Shown here in pieces: positions 29,948 to 40,555 of a DNA stretch of 64,000 nucleotides. Source of the stretch: an uncultured archaeon (GTDB lineage Archaea > Aenigmatarchaeota > Aenigmatarchaeia > Aenigmatarchaeales > Aenigmatarchaeaceae). Both the position numbers and the translations under genes were made by a program. Every line of letters begins with the position of its first letter. The stretch's first letter is position 1. The notes below the pieces were generated by a model. The model saw nothing but the letters and a program-made list of their open reading frames with translations. It made no database searches and was not told where the DNA came from. The stretch lies in assembly GCA_964353745.1 (NCBI GenBank), contig CAYGWD010000001.1, positions 3,440 to 67,439 of the forward strand, in the 5' to 3' direction.

Positions 29948-31386
29948 CCTTCTTTTTTCCTTCTTCTGTAGGCGTTCATAAGCCTTAAAAGGTGCAAGAA
30001 CTTGTCTTTAGAGGAAAGAGCGTTTTTCAACATTAAAGAAATGTATTCTGGCCTGGTATAGTAACTTGAATAGGCTTCTTTGGCTAGCCTGTTTATTTCT
30101 TCTGCTGGAAGATGAGGCAGATTGACGCCAGCACTATAGAAGCTGTCCCTATCGCACCAATTTCCTATTAACAGCTTTCTTTTTTCAATTGTTTCGTAAT
30201 AGGGCGCTCCTGGCAATGGAGTTGCAATGGCGAATTGCGTGAACTCGCCATTCAGTTCAAAGGCAAAATCTATGGTCTTTTTAATGGTTTCTAATGTATC
30301 CCACAAGAAACCGATCATGAAACAATTATGCAAATATATTCCATACTTCCTAGCTTTCATCACGCCTTCTCTTATTTGCCTGGTCGTCATGCCTTTCTTT
30401 ATTTTTATCAGCACGTCATCATCTCCAGATTCCACACCAAACAAAATCTTTACGCATCCTGCATCGGCCATAGCCTTGCACAATTGATCGGTCATAAGAT
30501 CAGGTCTAGACTGTGGTTGCCAAGTCAGGTCCAAACCTTCTTTTTTGAAAAGCTTGCAAAGGTCAAAGACCCTTTGTTTGTTAACTTCAAACGTGTCATC
30601 ATCATATCTTATCTCTTTAACCCCAAACTCATCAACCAGGTATTTGGCTTCTTCAAAAGCCCTTTCAGCGCTCTGAGCCCTCCATAAATGAGAATAAATT
30701 GTATTTGGGAATGTACAGAATACGCATTGGGCGTAGCATCCTCTAGAAGAAATGGTGGTTGCGCAAGGTAGTCTTATGAAAACTGTTTCAACGAACTTTT
30801 TCAGGTCAATCAAATCGAAAGCAGGAAATGGCAGCCTGTCCAGATTCTTTTCAAGTTCAAAATCCTTATTCATTCTGACTTTTCTGCCTTGCTTGTAATC
30901 CAAACCCTTGACTTCGTTTAGTTTGTCTTTTCTCATACCATCCACTAGCCATGGCAGTGCATAGTCCCATTCCCTTCTTATTATAAAATCCACATTCGGA
31001 TTCTTTATAAACTGTTTATGCAGAGGAGTAGCAAACGAACCTACCCAAAGAACTTTGCTGTTAGCCTCTCTTGCCACTTTGCTCAGATATTCATCAACAT
31101 CAAGCCTTACGTGCTGAATATCGAACACAGTTAAATCTGGAGAAATCCTTCTAATCTCTTGCGCTGTTTGCGCTGTTGTTTTTCCTTCAGACTGGCTGTG
31201 CATGTAGTAGACATTGATACCATTGTTCCTTAGAATCTGAGCACCAATTAGATTGAGATAGGAATAAGTCATCTCACCCGTGACTGTCTTGGACGGATGT
31301 CTTCTGCCTCCTGTCCTCAACAACTGTTTCGGATTCCATTTAATTGCCGGTGGCGATTCTATAAACAAAACTTTCATGTTTAACAC
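29938..31386 (-). CDS. B12-binding-domain radical SAM enzyme (paralogue 1)
   Basis: Rossmann-like N-domain, then SSRGCYAQCVFC (CxxxCxxC). Confidence 0.75.
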   Translation of the reverse strand: MLNMKVLFIESPPAIKWNPKQLLRTGGRRHPSKTVTGEMTYSYLNLIGAQILRNNGINVYYMHSQSEGKTTAQTAQEIRRISPDLTVFDIQHVRLDVDEYLSKVAREANSKVLWVGSFATPLHKQFIKNPNVDFIIRREWDYALPWLVDGMRKDKLNEVKGLDYKQGRKVRMNKDFELEKNLDRLPFPAFDLIDLKKFVETVFIRLPCATTISSRGCYAQCVFCTFPNTIYSHLWRAQSAERAFEEAKYLVDEFGVKEIRYDDDTFEVNKQRVFDLCKLFKKEGLDLTWQPQSRPDLMTDQLCKAMADAGCVKILFGVESGDDDVLIKIKKGMTTRQIREGVMKARKYGIYLHNCFMIGFLWDTLETIKKTIDFAFELNGEFTQFAIATPLPGAPYYETIEKRKLLIGNWCDRDSFYSAGVNLPHLPAEEINRLAKEAYSSYYTRPEYISLMLKNALSSKDKFLHLLRLMNAYRRRKKEGWI

Positions 31387-31441
31387 TTTTTATTGCTGAT
31401 TTTATAAATAAAGTTAAGCAATCAAATATTTAAATTAAAAA

Positions 31442-33877
31442 TTATGAACTGTAATGAATTATTCTTTTTATATTTTCCAAGGAAAGATTTCTAGGTCTTA
31501 GATTTCTTAATAAATAGCTGGGTCTGAAATAAAATTCTCTATAAGCTTTTCTTTTCATTTCTAGCAATAGCTCTGGCGTCAGTTCTCCTAATTTAAACTT
31601 TTTAGGTTTATCATAATGTCCTGAGAACTTAACATTCCAATCTTCTAAAAGTTCACCTTCTCTCTTAATAAGATCATAAACTCTTGTGCCTACAAAAGGT
31701 GTTAATGTAGTAAACTGAGCAAATGTTGGGTCTAATTCTTTAGCAAAGTCTATTGTCTCTTGCATAGTTTCTCTATTTTCACCTGGAAGACCTAAAACAA
31801 AGAAGGCGGTTGACTCTATGTCAAGTTTTTTACAAAGTTCAAATGTTTTCTTAACTTTATTGAGGTCTAATCTCTTGTCAATCGTTTTCATTATGCGTTT
31901 TGAACCTGTTTCAACACCAAATGCTACTCTTATGCATCCTGCTTTTTTCATCTTCTTAAGAGTTTGATAGTTTACAAATTCTGCTCTTAAACCATTGGGA
32001 AAGAAATGCGGAAGATTTAATTTCTTTTTAAGAATAAGGTCATAAATTTTATTTACTCTTTCTAACGATAGGTTAAAAATATCATCATATATTGCAATTT
32101 CTTCTACATTTATGTCATTAATAAGCCATTCCCATTCTTTAACAACGTTTTCAGGACTTCTTGCTCTCCACATATATCCAAACAATCCTTTGAAACAATA
32201 AATACAATTGAAAGGACAACCACGACTATTTCCACTCCAAACAGATTTTCCTTTTCTTCTCACATAAATTATATGATTAGGAACTTCACAACAATAGATT
32301 TTACCAAGATAATTCTCTTTAGATGTATGTTTACGCCTGCCATGCTTATCAATATAATTAATTACTGGCATATTTTGTTTTTTATTAAAAATTATACGAT
32401 AGCAAGGGAATTGAGATTTTATTGTTTTGCCTTTAATTTTTCCTATAGAATTGTTTAGTTTATTTTTAATATTCCCACTCCAACCAACTTTTAGAAGTAT
32501 CTCTTGAATGTCGTCAATCAATTTTTTAGAAGTAGTTATATACTCAATTTCTCCAATTTTTGATATATATCCATCGCCTAAAACAAGTGCATCTAATAAA
32601 ATTTTAAGGTAATTAGTTGAAAGTTGTTTTATTTCTTTTGGAACGAATTTATCTTCAGCATGACCAAACTGTTTTAGATAGCAGCATAATTGTTTGTTTG
32701 AAATAAAAAATCCTTCTATAGGATGCTTATAGTATTTATAACCCAATTTTTTAATACAGTCTTCCATTTTTTTATAGGATTCTGTTCCGACTTTCTGCGA
32801 AATTTTAACAATCCAAGAATTATTACTTTTTTTATGTTGAACTGAACCTTCACTAAGATAATAACCTAGAAATTCTAACCATAAGCCCATTGGTATTATT
32901 TTTCCCTCTGATTTTCTAATTTTATTTATTGGGTTAAATTCATGGAGAACTTCTGGTAATATAAAATAGTCTTTTTTGTCTCCCAACCATATGGCATCTT
33001 TTTTCATCCGAAAATCATTCTTATTCATTAAAATAGAGACATCTATTAGTGTAAATTTATTTGGGCGTTTTGACCTTAATCTAACATATAGTTTGTGATT
33101 TGGCGTAACTAATAAATTGATTTGTTTACATTCTATTTTACACATATCACCATTATAGTCATAAGACATTAATTTTGATGGTTTTTGATATTCTAAATTA
33201 TGATTTTCAGGATTGAGAGTAGCTATCTCATTTTCATAGGTTAAATCTTTAAAAAGTTTCCATCCATCTTCTGTTAGAACTTCTGTTTGGTCGTCATAGC
33301 ATGTCATAATTCCAGCGCCACGTTTATGAGGATGCGGTACAAACCATGTATATTTTTCTAATGGTGGAAATAAATGATAAGCAGGGAAAGGTAAAGAATC
33401 TAAATCTTTTATAAGTGGTCTTGGTTTAGTAACTATGATTCTGTTTCCATATTTGAATGCAATACCTTTTACATTTTTTAGATTTTTTTTGTTTTCTATA
33501 TTTTTAATTAATTCAGATGTTGTAATTTCTCCTTCACCTATGACAACATAATCTATATCTGCTATTTCTAATAATTCATGGGATTGACATGTTGGATGTG
33601 GACCTCCCATCATAATCTTTATATCTGGATTATATTGTCTTGCTTTTTTTACTAATTTCAATGAGCCTGCTATGGTTAACGTCGTTGCTGTTATACCTAA
33701 AACTTCATTTTCCTTAACTGATTTTTTGAATTTTTCATCCGACTCAACATTCAAATCAACAACGGAAACTTCATGTCCATCTCTTTCTAAAACAGATGCT
33801 ATATAACCCAAACCTATATTTATAGTCTTAACTGGTTCAAAACAAGAATAATTGGGACTTACTAACAGAACTTTCAT
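31442..33877 (-). CDS. B12-binding-domain radical SAM enzyme (paralogue 2) interrupted by an intein
   Basis: The 811-aa ORF has extein ...GAGIMT | intein | SRGCPFNCIYC. The spliced product would be 453 aa with a junction IMTSRGC matching the paralogues. Confidence 0.75.
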   Translation of the reverse strand: MKVLLVSPNYSCFEPVKTINIGLGYIASVLERDGHEVSVVDLNVESDEKFKKSVKENEVLGITATTLTIAGSLKLVKKARQYNPDIKIMMGGPHPTCQSHELLEIADIDYVVIGEGEITTSELIKNIENKKNLKNVKGIAFKYGNRIIVTKPRPLIKDLDSLPFPAYHLFPPLEKYTWFVPHPHKRGAGIMTCYDDQTEVLTEDGWKLFKDLTYENEIATLNPENHNLEYQKPSKLMSYDYNGDMCKIECKQINLLVTPNHKLYVRLRSKRPNKFTLIDVSILMNKNDFRMKKDAIWLGDKKDYFILPEVLHEFNPINKIRKSEGKIIPMGLWLEFLGYYLSEGSVQHKKSNNSWIVKISQKVGTESYKKMEDCIKKLGYKYYKHPIEGFFISNKQLCCYLKQFGHAEDKFVPKEIKQLSTNYLKILLDALVLGDGYISKIGEIEYITTSKKLIDDIQEILLKVGWSGNIKNKLNNSIGKIKGKTIKSQFPCYRIIFNKKQNMPVINYIDKHGRRKHTSKENYLGKIYCCEVPNHIIYVRRKGKSVWSGNSRGCPFNCIYCFKGLFGYMWRARSPENVVKEWEWLINDINVEEIAIYDDIFNLSLERVNKIYDLILKKKLNLPHFFPNGLRAEFVNYQTLKKMKKAGCIRVAFGVETGSKRIMKTIDKRLDLNKVKKTFELCKKLDIESTAFFVLGLPGENRETMQETIDFAKELDPTFAQFTTLTPFVGTRVYDLIKREGELLEDWNVKFSGHYDKPKKFKLGELTPELLLEMKRKAYREFYFRPSYLLRNLRPRNLSLENIKRIIHYSS
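32228..33301 (-). other. intein (358 aa) with LAGLIDADG homing-endonuclease domain
   Basis: Block A CYDDQTEVLTEDGWK. Block B VTPNHKLYV. LAGLIDADG-like LGYYLSEGSV and LLDALVLGDGYI. It ends VWSGN followed by the +1 Ser. Confidence 0.7.
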
Positions 33878-33942
33878 TTTATTTCCTCATACCTTTCATT
33901 CTAAAATAATTTAATATTATCTATTTTTTGAATCGTCTACTA

Positions 33943-34845
33943 TTATCTTTTCACTCTAATTTTCCAACCTTCTTTTGTTGATTTCTTATGTAACTTTCCT
34001 TTAATTACTCCGAAAAATGAAAAGAACCAATAAAGTATGACACCTAAGAATATTCCACCAGCTCTTCTTATACTATAAAACATAGCGGGTAAATAGAAAT
34101 CAAACAATCCTCCTCTGTATTCACCGTAACTTTCTTTTATCTGTCTTCTTGCTATTTCACCCCTGCTTTTTATTCTTATTAAATCTCTAGGTGTAGATGG
34201 ATATCTGCTAAGCACGGTACCAAAATGTAGAAAATCTTTAGTTGGTATCAATACTTCATATCCATTCTTTCTTAATTGTATTGATCTCTCTCCATCATCA
34301 CACAACGTGAGTTGATCACCAATGAGTGCTTTCTTTCTGAACATGTTTACAAAGAATGGATATTTATTGTCTCTAACATAGAATTTTCCATTTACATTCT
34401 TAGCGTATTTCATAATTTTGTATTCATGAAGGAATTGATTCATGAAGTTGTCTCCAACTATGAGTAACGATGCTCTTGAAGTATCTGCTGGTCTGTAATC
34501 TGCAATTCCACCAACCTTAGGATCTTTGAAATAATCTACTATTCTTTTAAAGTTTCCTGTTGGTTGCAAGAACCAGTCAGCATCATGTATCAGAATTATA
34601 TCTCCTTTAGCTTCTCTTATCAATTTAGAAAGCATTTTTGCTTTTCCTTCTCTTTCATTGTTCTTTATTATCCTAGCAAATTTAAATTTTCTAACAATAT
34701 TTTCTGTCTTATCAGTGCATCCATCAAGACCTACAAGAACTTCTAGATTAGGATACTCATGCTTTTTTATGAATCCCAATGGTTCCAAAGCATTAGCTAT
34801 TACCTTCTCTTCATTGTGCGTTGGAATAAGTACTGACACTTTCAT
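33943..34845 (-). CDS. GT2 glycosyltransferase with C-terminal TM helices
   Basis: VSVLIPTHNEEK, VGLDGCTDKT and IHDADW. Confidence 0.7.
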   Translation of the reverse strand: MKVSVLIPTHNEEKVIANALEPLGFIKKHEYPNLEVLVGLDGCTDKTENIVRKFKFARIIKNNEREGKAKMLSKLIREAKGDIILIHDADWFLQPTGNFKRIVDYFKDPKVGGIADYRPADTSRASLLIVGDNFMNQFLHEYKIMKYAKNVNGKFYVRDNKYPFFVNMFRKKALIGDQLTLCDDGERSIQLRKNGYEVLIPTKDFLHFGTVLSRYPSTPRDLIRIKSRGEIARRQIKESYGEYRGGLFDFYLPAMFYSIRRAGGIFLGVILYWFFSFFGVIKGKLHKKSTKEGWKIRVKR

Positions 34846-34858
34846 ATTATCAACGTCT

Positions 34859-36322
34859 TCATGATAAAACAGCTGGAACTTTATAGATCCCCCATCTTAG
34901 ATTATTTAACTCTACTACCTTTTCCAACTCCAACTTGCTAAAGCGATTCTTTACAATAGGATCGTTTTGGTTTTCTGCAGCAAAATCAATTGGACTTATA
35001 ACGTATGATACACCATTTTCTGCAAGATATTCTACGAATTTCTGAGGATCATATATATTAGATATTCCTACATTTATTATACCAGTAATATCAAACAAAT
35101 AACGATTGGATTCCCATTTCAATATTCCGAGCTCACCTACACCAACAATTTTATTTTCTGGAATATTATGATTTATCCATTCTGCCATTTGGAAATAAGA
35201 TTCCAGTCTGCCATTCAAATAATTTAGTTTTCCATTAAGAATCAAATATTGTGATGCAATAATTATTATCATTATGATTGAGAATTTTATGATAATTTTC
35301 TTTTCTATTTTTAATCTGTCAAATAAAAGGAATGCACTGATTATCAGGAACGGTATAAATAGTGTGATATATCTGTAAGCATTTGAAGATAATACAAGTA
35401 ATACATGGACAAAAATTATTATGATCCACCAGAGATGCATTACGATCTCGTTTTTCATTAACTCCTTTCTATTTATGAAAAATGCTAAAGAAAGTATGGC
35501 TATACTGAAAAATATAGGATCCATACTTATAGTTTCTAGAATAAAATTATATGATAGTTTCAATGGTCCTATTGACATTGCAGTTGTTCCAAAAGCTATG
35601 CGCTTAGCTAAGAATGATGTAGAAAATATTGAACCTTCATTCACATAAGTTAAAATCAACCATGGAGACACTATTATTAAAAACAAAACTAGGTTAATAA
35701 TTCTCATTTTTATATTCTCAGATAATTTCATTTGTTTCGTATCAACGAAAAATCTATGGGCTATTAGCAACAAGAACAAGAAACCGCCTTCTGGTCTTGC
35801 AAGGAATGCAAAACCGCATGATAAAGCTGAGAGATTATATTTTTTGGAAATGTAAAGGTACACTGATAACAAAGATAATGTTATGAATAGTACTGTATCT
35901 ACAGCAGATGCTGAAAATAAATTAATCCATGGGTTTACTGCAACTAAGAATGATGCTATAATCGCGATATTTTCATTCTTAGTTAATTTATTCATCAGAC
36001 TGTATACCAGCAGAATTGTTATTGCTGTTAGTATCAAGTCGATAATCTTTGAAGCTAAAAATAAATTATTACCACCGAACAACAGGTATGGAACTGACAG
36101 TATAATGGACCATAATGGTGTTGATGCAGAAGAGAATCCTTTTCCATTGTAATTGAATCCTTTTCCTTCTGCAAGATTTCTTGCATACACGTAATTTACA
36201 TAAGCATCATCGCTCAGAGTATCCCGGAAGCTTGGTATACCTAGTTGGATGACTATGGCTAGTAAAATAAACGCAGACAAAAGCCTGTGATGCCTTTTAC
36301 TGAAACCAAATTTCATATTCAA
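34859..36322 (-). CDS. GT-C fold membrane glycosyltransferase (ArnT/PMT_2-like)
   Basis: First periplasmic-loop motif DDAYVNYVYARNLAEGKGF followed by more than 10 TM helices. 487 aa. Confidence 0.55.
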   Translation of the reverse strand: MNMKFGFSKRHHRLLSAFILLAIVIQLGIPSFRDTLSDDAYVNYVYARNLAEGKGFNYNGKGFSSASTPLWSIILSVPYLLFGGNNLFLASKIIDLILTAITILLVYSLMNKLTKNENIAIIASFLVAVNPWINLFSASAVDTVLFITLSLLSVYLYISKKYNLSALSCGFAFLARPEGGFLFLLLIAHRFFVDTKQMKLSENIKMRIINLVLFLIIVSPWLILTYVNEGSIFSTSFLAKRIAFGTTAMSIGPLKLSYNFILETISMDPIFFSIAILSLAFFINRKELMKNEIVMHLWWIIIIFVHVLLVLSSNAYRYITLFIPFLIISAFLLFDRLKIEKKIIIKFSIIMIIIIASQYLILNGKLNYLNGRLESYFQMAEWINHNIPENKIVGVGELGILKWESNRYLFDITGIINVGISNIYDPQKFVEYLAENGVSYVISPIDFAAENQNDPIVKNRFSKLELEKVVELNNLRWGIYKVPAVLS

Positions 36323-36422
36323 CCTTCTTTCTTTGTAATCTTATTATCTTAACGAAATATTTGAAACTATATTTTTTATTGACATATAATAGATTATAAA
36401 AAAACTATTTAAATAAAATCAT

Positions 36423-37952
36423 TTAAGTCAAGTCTTTGAATTTTATCATCCAACTTTGGCTGCGATCTTCTATATATTTATCCAAATATTTTTTAACCAT
36501 TTTCCATTCAGGTGCCAAAGAAAATAGTTTGCGTTTGAACCTAAATTTAGCATCTATCTTTAATAATAAAAATATCAGTCTCTGCCATATCTTAAGTCCC
36601 CTATCAGCATAATGGTACCCAGCAAGAAATTGAGATAACATTGTTATTACTTTAACAGTATCTCTGAATTTTTTTCCTCCCCATGGTGTACTAAATGTCA
36701 AATAATTATATTTCCCCCATTCTTCCAAGCTTGCAGGAGGTTTAAATCCATTTTTTGTAATATAATTCATTAGGTATGTCCCTGCAAAGGGTGTGAATAT
36801 GCTTATGTATTCGAATTTATCAGGAAATATTTTATTTATTTTTAGCATAAGGTCTACAGTCCTATAAAGGTCTTTAACAGTTTCAGTTGGGAGTCCCATC
36901 ATAAAATAAAACTTTGCCTTTATACCATGCTTTTTGCATTTTCTTGTAGTTTCAATAATCTGCTCGATTGTAATGTCCTTTCTCATGAAATCCAGCATTC
37001 TCTGAGAGCCTGACTCTGCACCAAAATGTAATGACACGCATCCTGACTTTTTCATTTTTTCTATGAAGGCATCATCATAATTAGCAAAATAATTCACTCT
37101 ACAACTAGCAGAAGACCATTTAAGATTCATTTTTTCTTTTATCATCAAATCAAATATCTTTTCAGCGCGTTCTTTGCTTACAAAGAAATTCTCGTCTGCA
37201 AACACTATTCCTTTCAAATTATATTTTTTCTTTAATATTTTCAATTCTTTTACAACTCTCTCTGGTTTGTAAGCTTGCCAACCTCTATGGCAATCTGATG
37301 CTGTACTGCAAAATCCACATCTATGTACACAACCTCTGCTTGAGAAATACCCTGTATATCGTGTTGCAATATCTTCTGGTGTAACTTCACTATCTTTTTT
37401 AATAATCATATATCTTTTCATATCTAGGGCGTCATAGTCAAACATTGGAAAATTATTGATATCCTCAAGCTCTCTATCAGAATTATGTATTATCTCTCCG
37501 TTTTTCTTAAAGGAAAGGCCTTTTATTCCTTCCAATGATTTTTTTGATTTCAATGCTTTGGCTAATTCTACTACAGTTTTTTCTCCAGGACCCCTAACAA
37601 TTATATCGACTAAAGGGTGTTTTAATGTCTGCTCTGGTGAGCTAGTTGGATGCGCTCCTCCCCATACCAACGGTAAATCTGGATATTTCTCTCGAATGTT
37701 TTGTGAAACAGCAAGATTATCGTATATAGGAGAGCCTGTCATGCAAGTCAACCCTATGAATAATGTGTTACTTCCTATTGAAGACATTATTTTTTTAAGA
37801 CTTTGTTCTATTGTGGCCTCATTTACTATATTTACTGAGAATTCAGCCTTCTTTAGACAACCTGATAAAGCAATAAGCCCAAACGGTAATTGAAAATTTT
37901 TTATATTCAGTCTAAAACCATTAGGAGCGTAAAGTATAACATCGTATGGCAT
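36423..37952 (-). CDS. B12-binding-domain radical SAM enzyme (paralogue 3)
   Basis: FSSRGCVHRCGFC. Confidence 0.75.
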   Translation of the reverse strand: MPYDVILYAPNGFRLNIKNFQLPFGLIALSGCLKKAEFSVNIVNEATIEQSLKKIMSSIGSNTLFIGLTCMTGSPIYDNLAVSQNIREKYPDLPLVWGGAHPTSSPEQTLKHPLVDIIVRGPGEKTVVELAKALKSKKSLEGIKGLSFKKNGEIIHNSDRELEDINNFPMFDYDALDMKRYMIIKKDSEVTPEDIATRYTGYFSSRGCVHRCGFCSTASDCHRGWQAYKPERVVKELKILKKKYNLKGIVFADENFFVSKERAEKIFDLMIKEKMNLKWSSASCRVNYFANYDDAFIEKMKKSGCVSLHFGAESGSQRMLDFMRKDITIEQIIETTRKCKKHGIKAKFYFMMGLPTETVKDLYRTVDLMLKINKIFPDKFEYISIFTPFAGTYLMNYITKNGFKPPASLEEWGKYNYLTFSTPWGGKKFRDTVKVITMLSQFLAGYHYADRGLKIWQRLIFLLLKIDAKFRFKRKLFSLAPEWKMVKKYLDKYIEDRSQSWMIKFKDLT

Positions 37953-39353
37953 TTACTTTCCCCTCATTTCAAATGATACTATACCCTCGAAACCTTTCCA
38001 GTATTTTCGTATCGTATCCAACGAGTTTATTTTTAATAACTTGTTCAGAAAGAAATTTGGTCTTAGATAGAACTCTTTATATGCTGTTTTTGCCCATTTG
38101 TCTGAATTCTTCACAAAGAATGGTATCCTTTCGTCTGTTTTTCCTAGCATAAAATTTAGCCAGTAGTCTTCTTTAACTATTCCTCTTTTCAATGCATGGT
38201 TAAACAAATCAGTTTTTGGTAAAGGCGTTGCAACAGTGAACATTACCCAATCTGGATCCAGTTTCTTGGCAAAATTTATTGTCTGTCTTATTGTTCTCGC
38301 ATTCTCTCCAGGATAACCTATGATGAAATAAGCAAAAGTTTCTATGCCAATCTTCTTGGATAGCTTGAATGATTCTTCGACTTTCCTAAGGTCTATTCCC
38401 TTTCTCATTATTTTCAATATTTCGGAGTTTCCACTTTCAACACCATACCTCAATCTTATACATCCCGATTTTTTCATGAGTCTTAGCATCTCTTCGTCAA
38501 TACAATCTGCTCTTGTTGGAGATTCCCAAGATATGTCAAGACCTCTAGATATTATTTCATTACAAATTTCTGTTATGTGGTTCTTGCTGAAAGTAAGAGT
38601 ATCGTCATAGAACATGATTTCCTTTACTTTAAATTTTTCAATGCAATGCTGCATCTCATCAACAACTTTTTCTGCTTTTCTAAATCTATATTTCTCATCA
38701 GATGGACCTTTAAAACAGAAACCACATCTGAAAGGACAGCCTCTGCTAGTTATCATAGTAGTAAATGGATGCTTTGCTATAACACACGAGTATTTATCAT
38801 GTGGCATTAGATGCCTCGCAGGAAATGGCAATGAATCTAAATCCTCAACTATTCTCCATCCGTTCATCTTAACATCTTTTCCCTTCTTCCATACAAGTCC
38901 TTTAACTTTAGAAATTCTTTTCTTTTCAATTGAATTAACAAGATCAAGAATTACATTTTCCCCTTCTCCATATACTCCATAGTCTATGTAAGGAAGTTTG
39001 ACTGTTTCTTGTGGGTATACAGAGATATGTGGACCTCCAATGACTGTAGGTATGTCTTTGGATACCTCTTTGGTAATCCTTGCAGCTTCCAGTGCCCCTC
39101 TTATGTTAGGTGTCATCGCTGTTATGCCAACAAGGTCTGGATTGGCTTTGGCTATTTTTTCCTTTGTCTCTTGTGTTGTGAGATTAAGTGCTTGACTGTC
39201 CAATATAGAAACCTTATGGCCATTTTTCTCAAGAACCGCTGCTATATAGCCAATCCCTAGAGGAGGATATATACCCTGTACCTTGTTTATTGATTCTGGC
39301 AACCTTGTGTTTATGTTTTCTCTGTCATGATGCCTTATGAGCAATATTTTCAT
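37953..39353 (-). CDS. B12-binding-domain radical SAM enzyme (paralogue 4)
   Basis: ITSRGCPFRCGFC. Abuts paralogue 3 with no gap. Confidence 0.75.
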   Translation of the reverse strand: MKILLIRHHDRENINTRLPESINKVQGIYPPLGIGYIAAVLEKNGHKVSILDSQALNLTTQETKEKIAKANPDLVGITAMTPNIRGALEAARITKEVSKDIPTVIGGPHISVYPQETVKLPYIDYGVYGEGENVILDLVNSIEKKRISKVKGLVWKKGKDVKMNGWRIVEDLDSLPFPARHLMPHDKYSCVIAKHPFTTMITSRGCPFRCGFCFKGPSDEKYRFRKAEKVVDEMQHCIEKFKVKEIMFYDDTLTFSKNHITEICNEIISRGLDISWESPTRADCIDEEMLRLMKKSGCIRLRYGVESGNSEILKIMRKGIDLRKVEESFKLSKKIGIETFAYFIIGYPGENARTIRQTINFAKKLDPDWVMFTVATPLPKTDLFNHALKRGIVKEDYWLNFMLGKTDERIPFFVKNSDKWAKTAYKEFYLRPNFFLNKLLKINSLDTIRKYWKGFEGIVSFEMRGK

Positions 39354-39422
39354 TATTAATTTTATTGATTTGAAGCTTAAATATAATAATAAGATTAAAT
39401 ATGATCAGGAGGAACCTTAAAT

Positions 39423-40433
39423 ATGAAAAGAGAAAAGATAAAAGGTTTTCTTAAACTGATGAGACCAAAACAATGGTTTAAATCCTTATATGTAATATTT
39501 GGTGCTGCACCTGCAATATTCCTAACACCCCCAGATATTCTGTTGATAGTATGGCTACTATTCTTGTGCTTGGTGAATCTCATACTCTTGCAAGGTTTCA
39601 TTTATACTATAAATGATATTATTGATGTTAAAGAAGATAGGGCACATCCTAAAAAGAAGTACAGACCTATTGCAAGTAATCTTATTTCGAAGAGAGAAGC
39701 ATTTGCATTCGCATCAATACTGTTAATGGTATCATTAGTATTGGCATACTTACTTGGAACTATAATATTTCTGCTAGCAATTTCGATTATTATAATAAAC
39801 CTTCTATATACTCTACCCCCTATAAGACTAAAGTCAAGATTTATTCTAGATATATTATCAGCTGGCCTTAACTTTCCGTTAAGAGTAACTGTAGGTTGGT
39901 TTCTTTTTGAGCCGTTTAATAATTCAAGATTATCGATAAGCTACGACATCATAAGAACTACAATAGATTCAAAATCAATTCAATCTATATTCTTCAAGAC
40001 TCAACCAATGATAATAGAATTTACAACAAATTTTTCCAGTGTAACATTAGCATATGCATCAATGGTCCTTTTCACATATTTTTTAGCAATATTCTTACTA
40101 TCATTAAAAAGACTCGCCGAAATAATGTCTATAAGAAATGCAGTAAAGGTAAGAGGAGTACTAGAGAAATACAACACAACCTCACTAAAGGCAATAGCAT
40201 TGTTCTCTTTTCTTTTAGCTATAGCATCTTCTATAGTTCTCGCCATTAGCCTGAAACTTATACTAATCTTCCTTGTACCTATCTTAATTTTTGGTATGGC
40301 CTGGTACTATAGACTTACGATAAAGAAACCTTCTCTTGTAAGACAACCAGAAGAGATATTTACAAAGATGAGAAGATTCTTACTACTTGGTCTGGTATTC
40401 ATAATTCTGACATTCATTCTTTTGTTTATTTAG
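39423..40433 (+). CDS. UbiA-superfamily prenyltransferase / polyprenyl-phosphate transferase
   Basis: NDIIDVKEDRAHPKKKYRPIASN (NDxxDxxxD) plus 8-9 TM helices. Confidence 0.7.
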   Translation: MKREKIKGFLKLMRPKQWFKSLYVIFGAAPAIFLTPPDILLIVWLLFLCLVNLILLQGFIYTINDIIDVKEDRAHPKKKYRPIASNLISKREAFAFASILLMVSLVLAYLLGTIIFLLAISIIIINLLYTLPPIRLKSRFILDILSAGLNFPLRVTVGWFLFEPFNNSRLSISYDIIRTTIDSKSIQSIFFKTQPMIIEFTTNFSSVTLAYASMVLFTYFLAIFLLSLKRLAEIMSIRNAVKVRGVLEKYNTTSLKAIALFSFLLAIASSIVLAISLKLILIFLVPILIFGMAWYYRLTIKKPSLVRQPEEIFTKMRRFLLLGLVFIILTFILLFI

Positions 40434-40555
40434 ATTCCTAGAATCTTGTATATTTTTGTTCTACCAAGCGGGTAAAGGGAATATAAGATGGATGTCTGAT
40501 ATAAAAGAGCCTATAAATCCAGCTCCTCCTGTTACTAAAACTTTTGTAATAAAAA

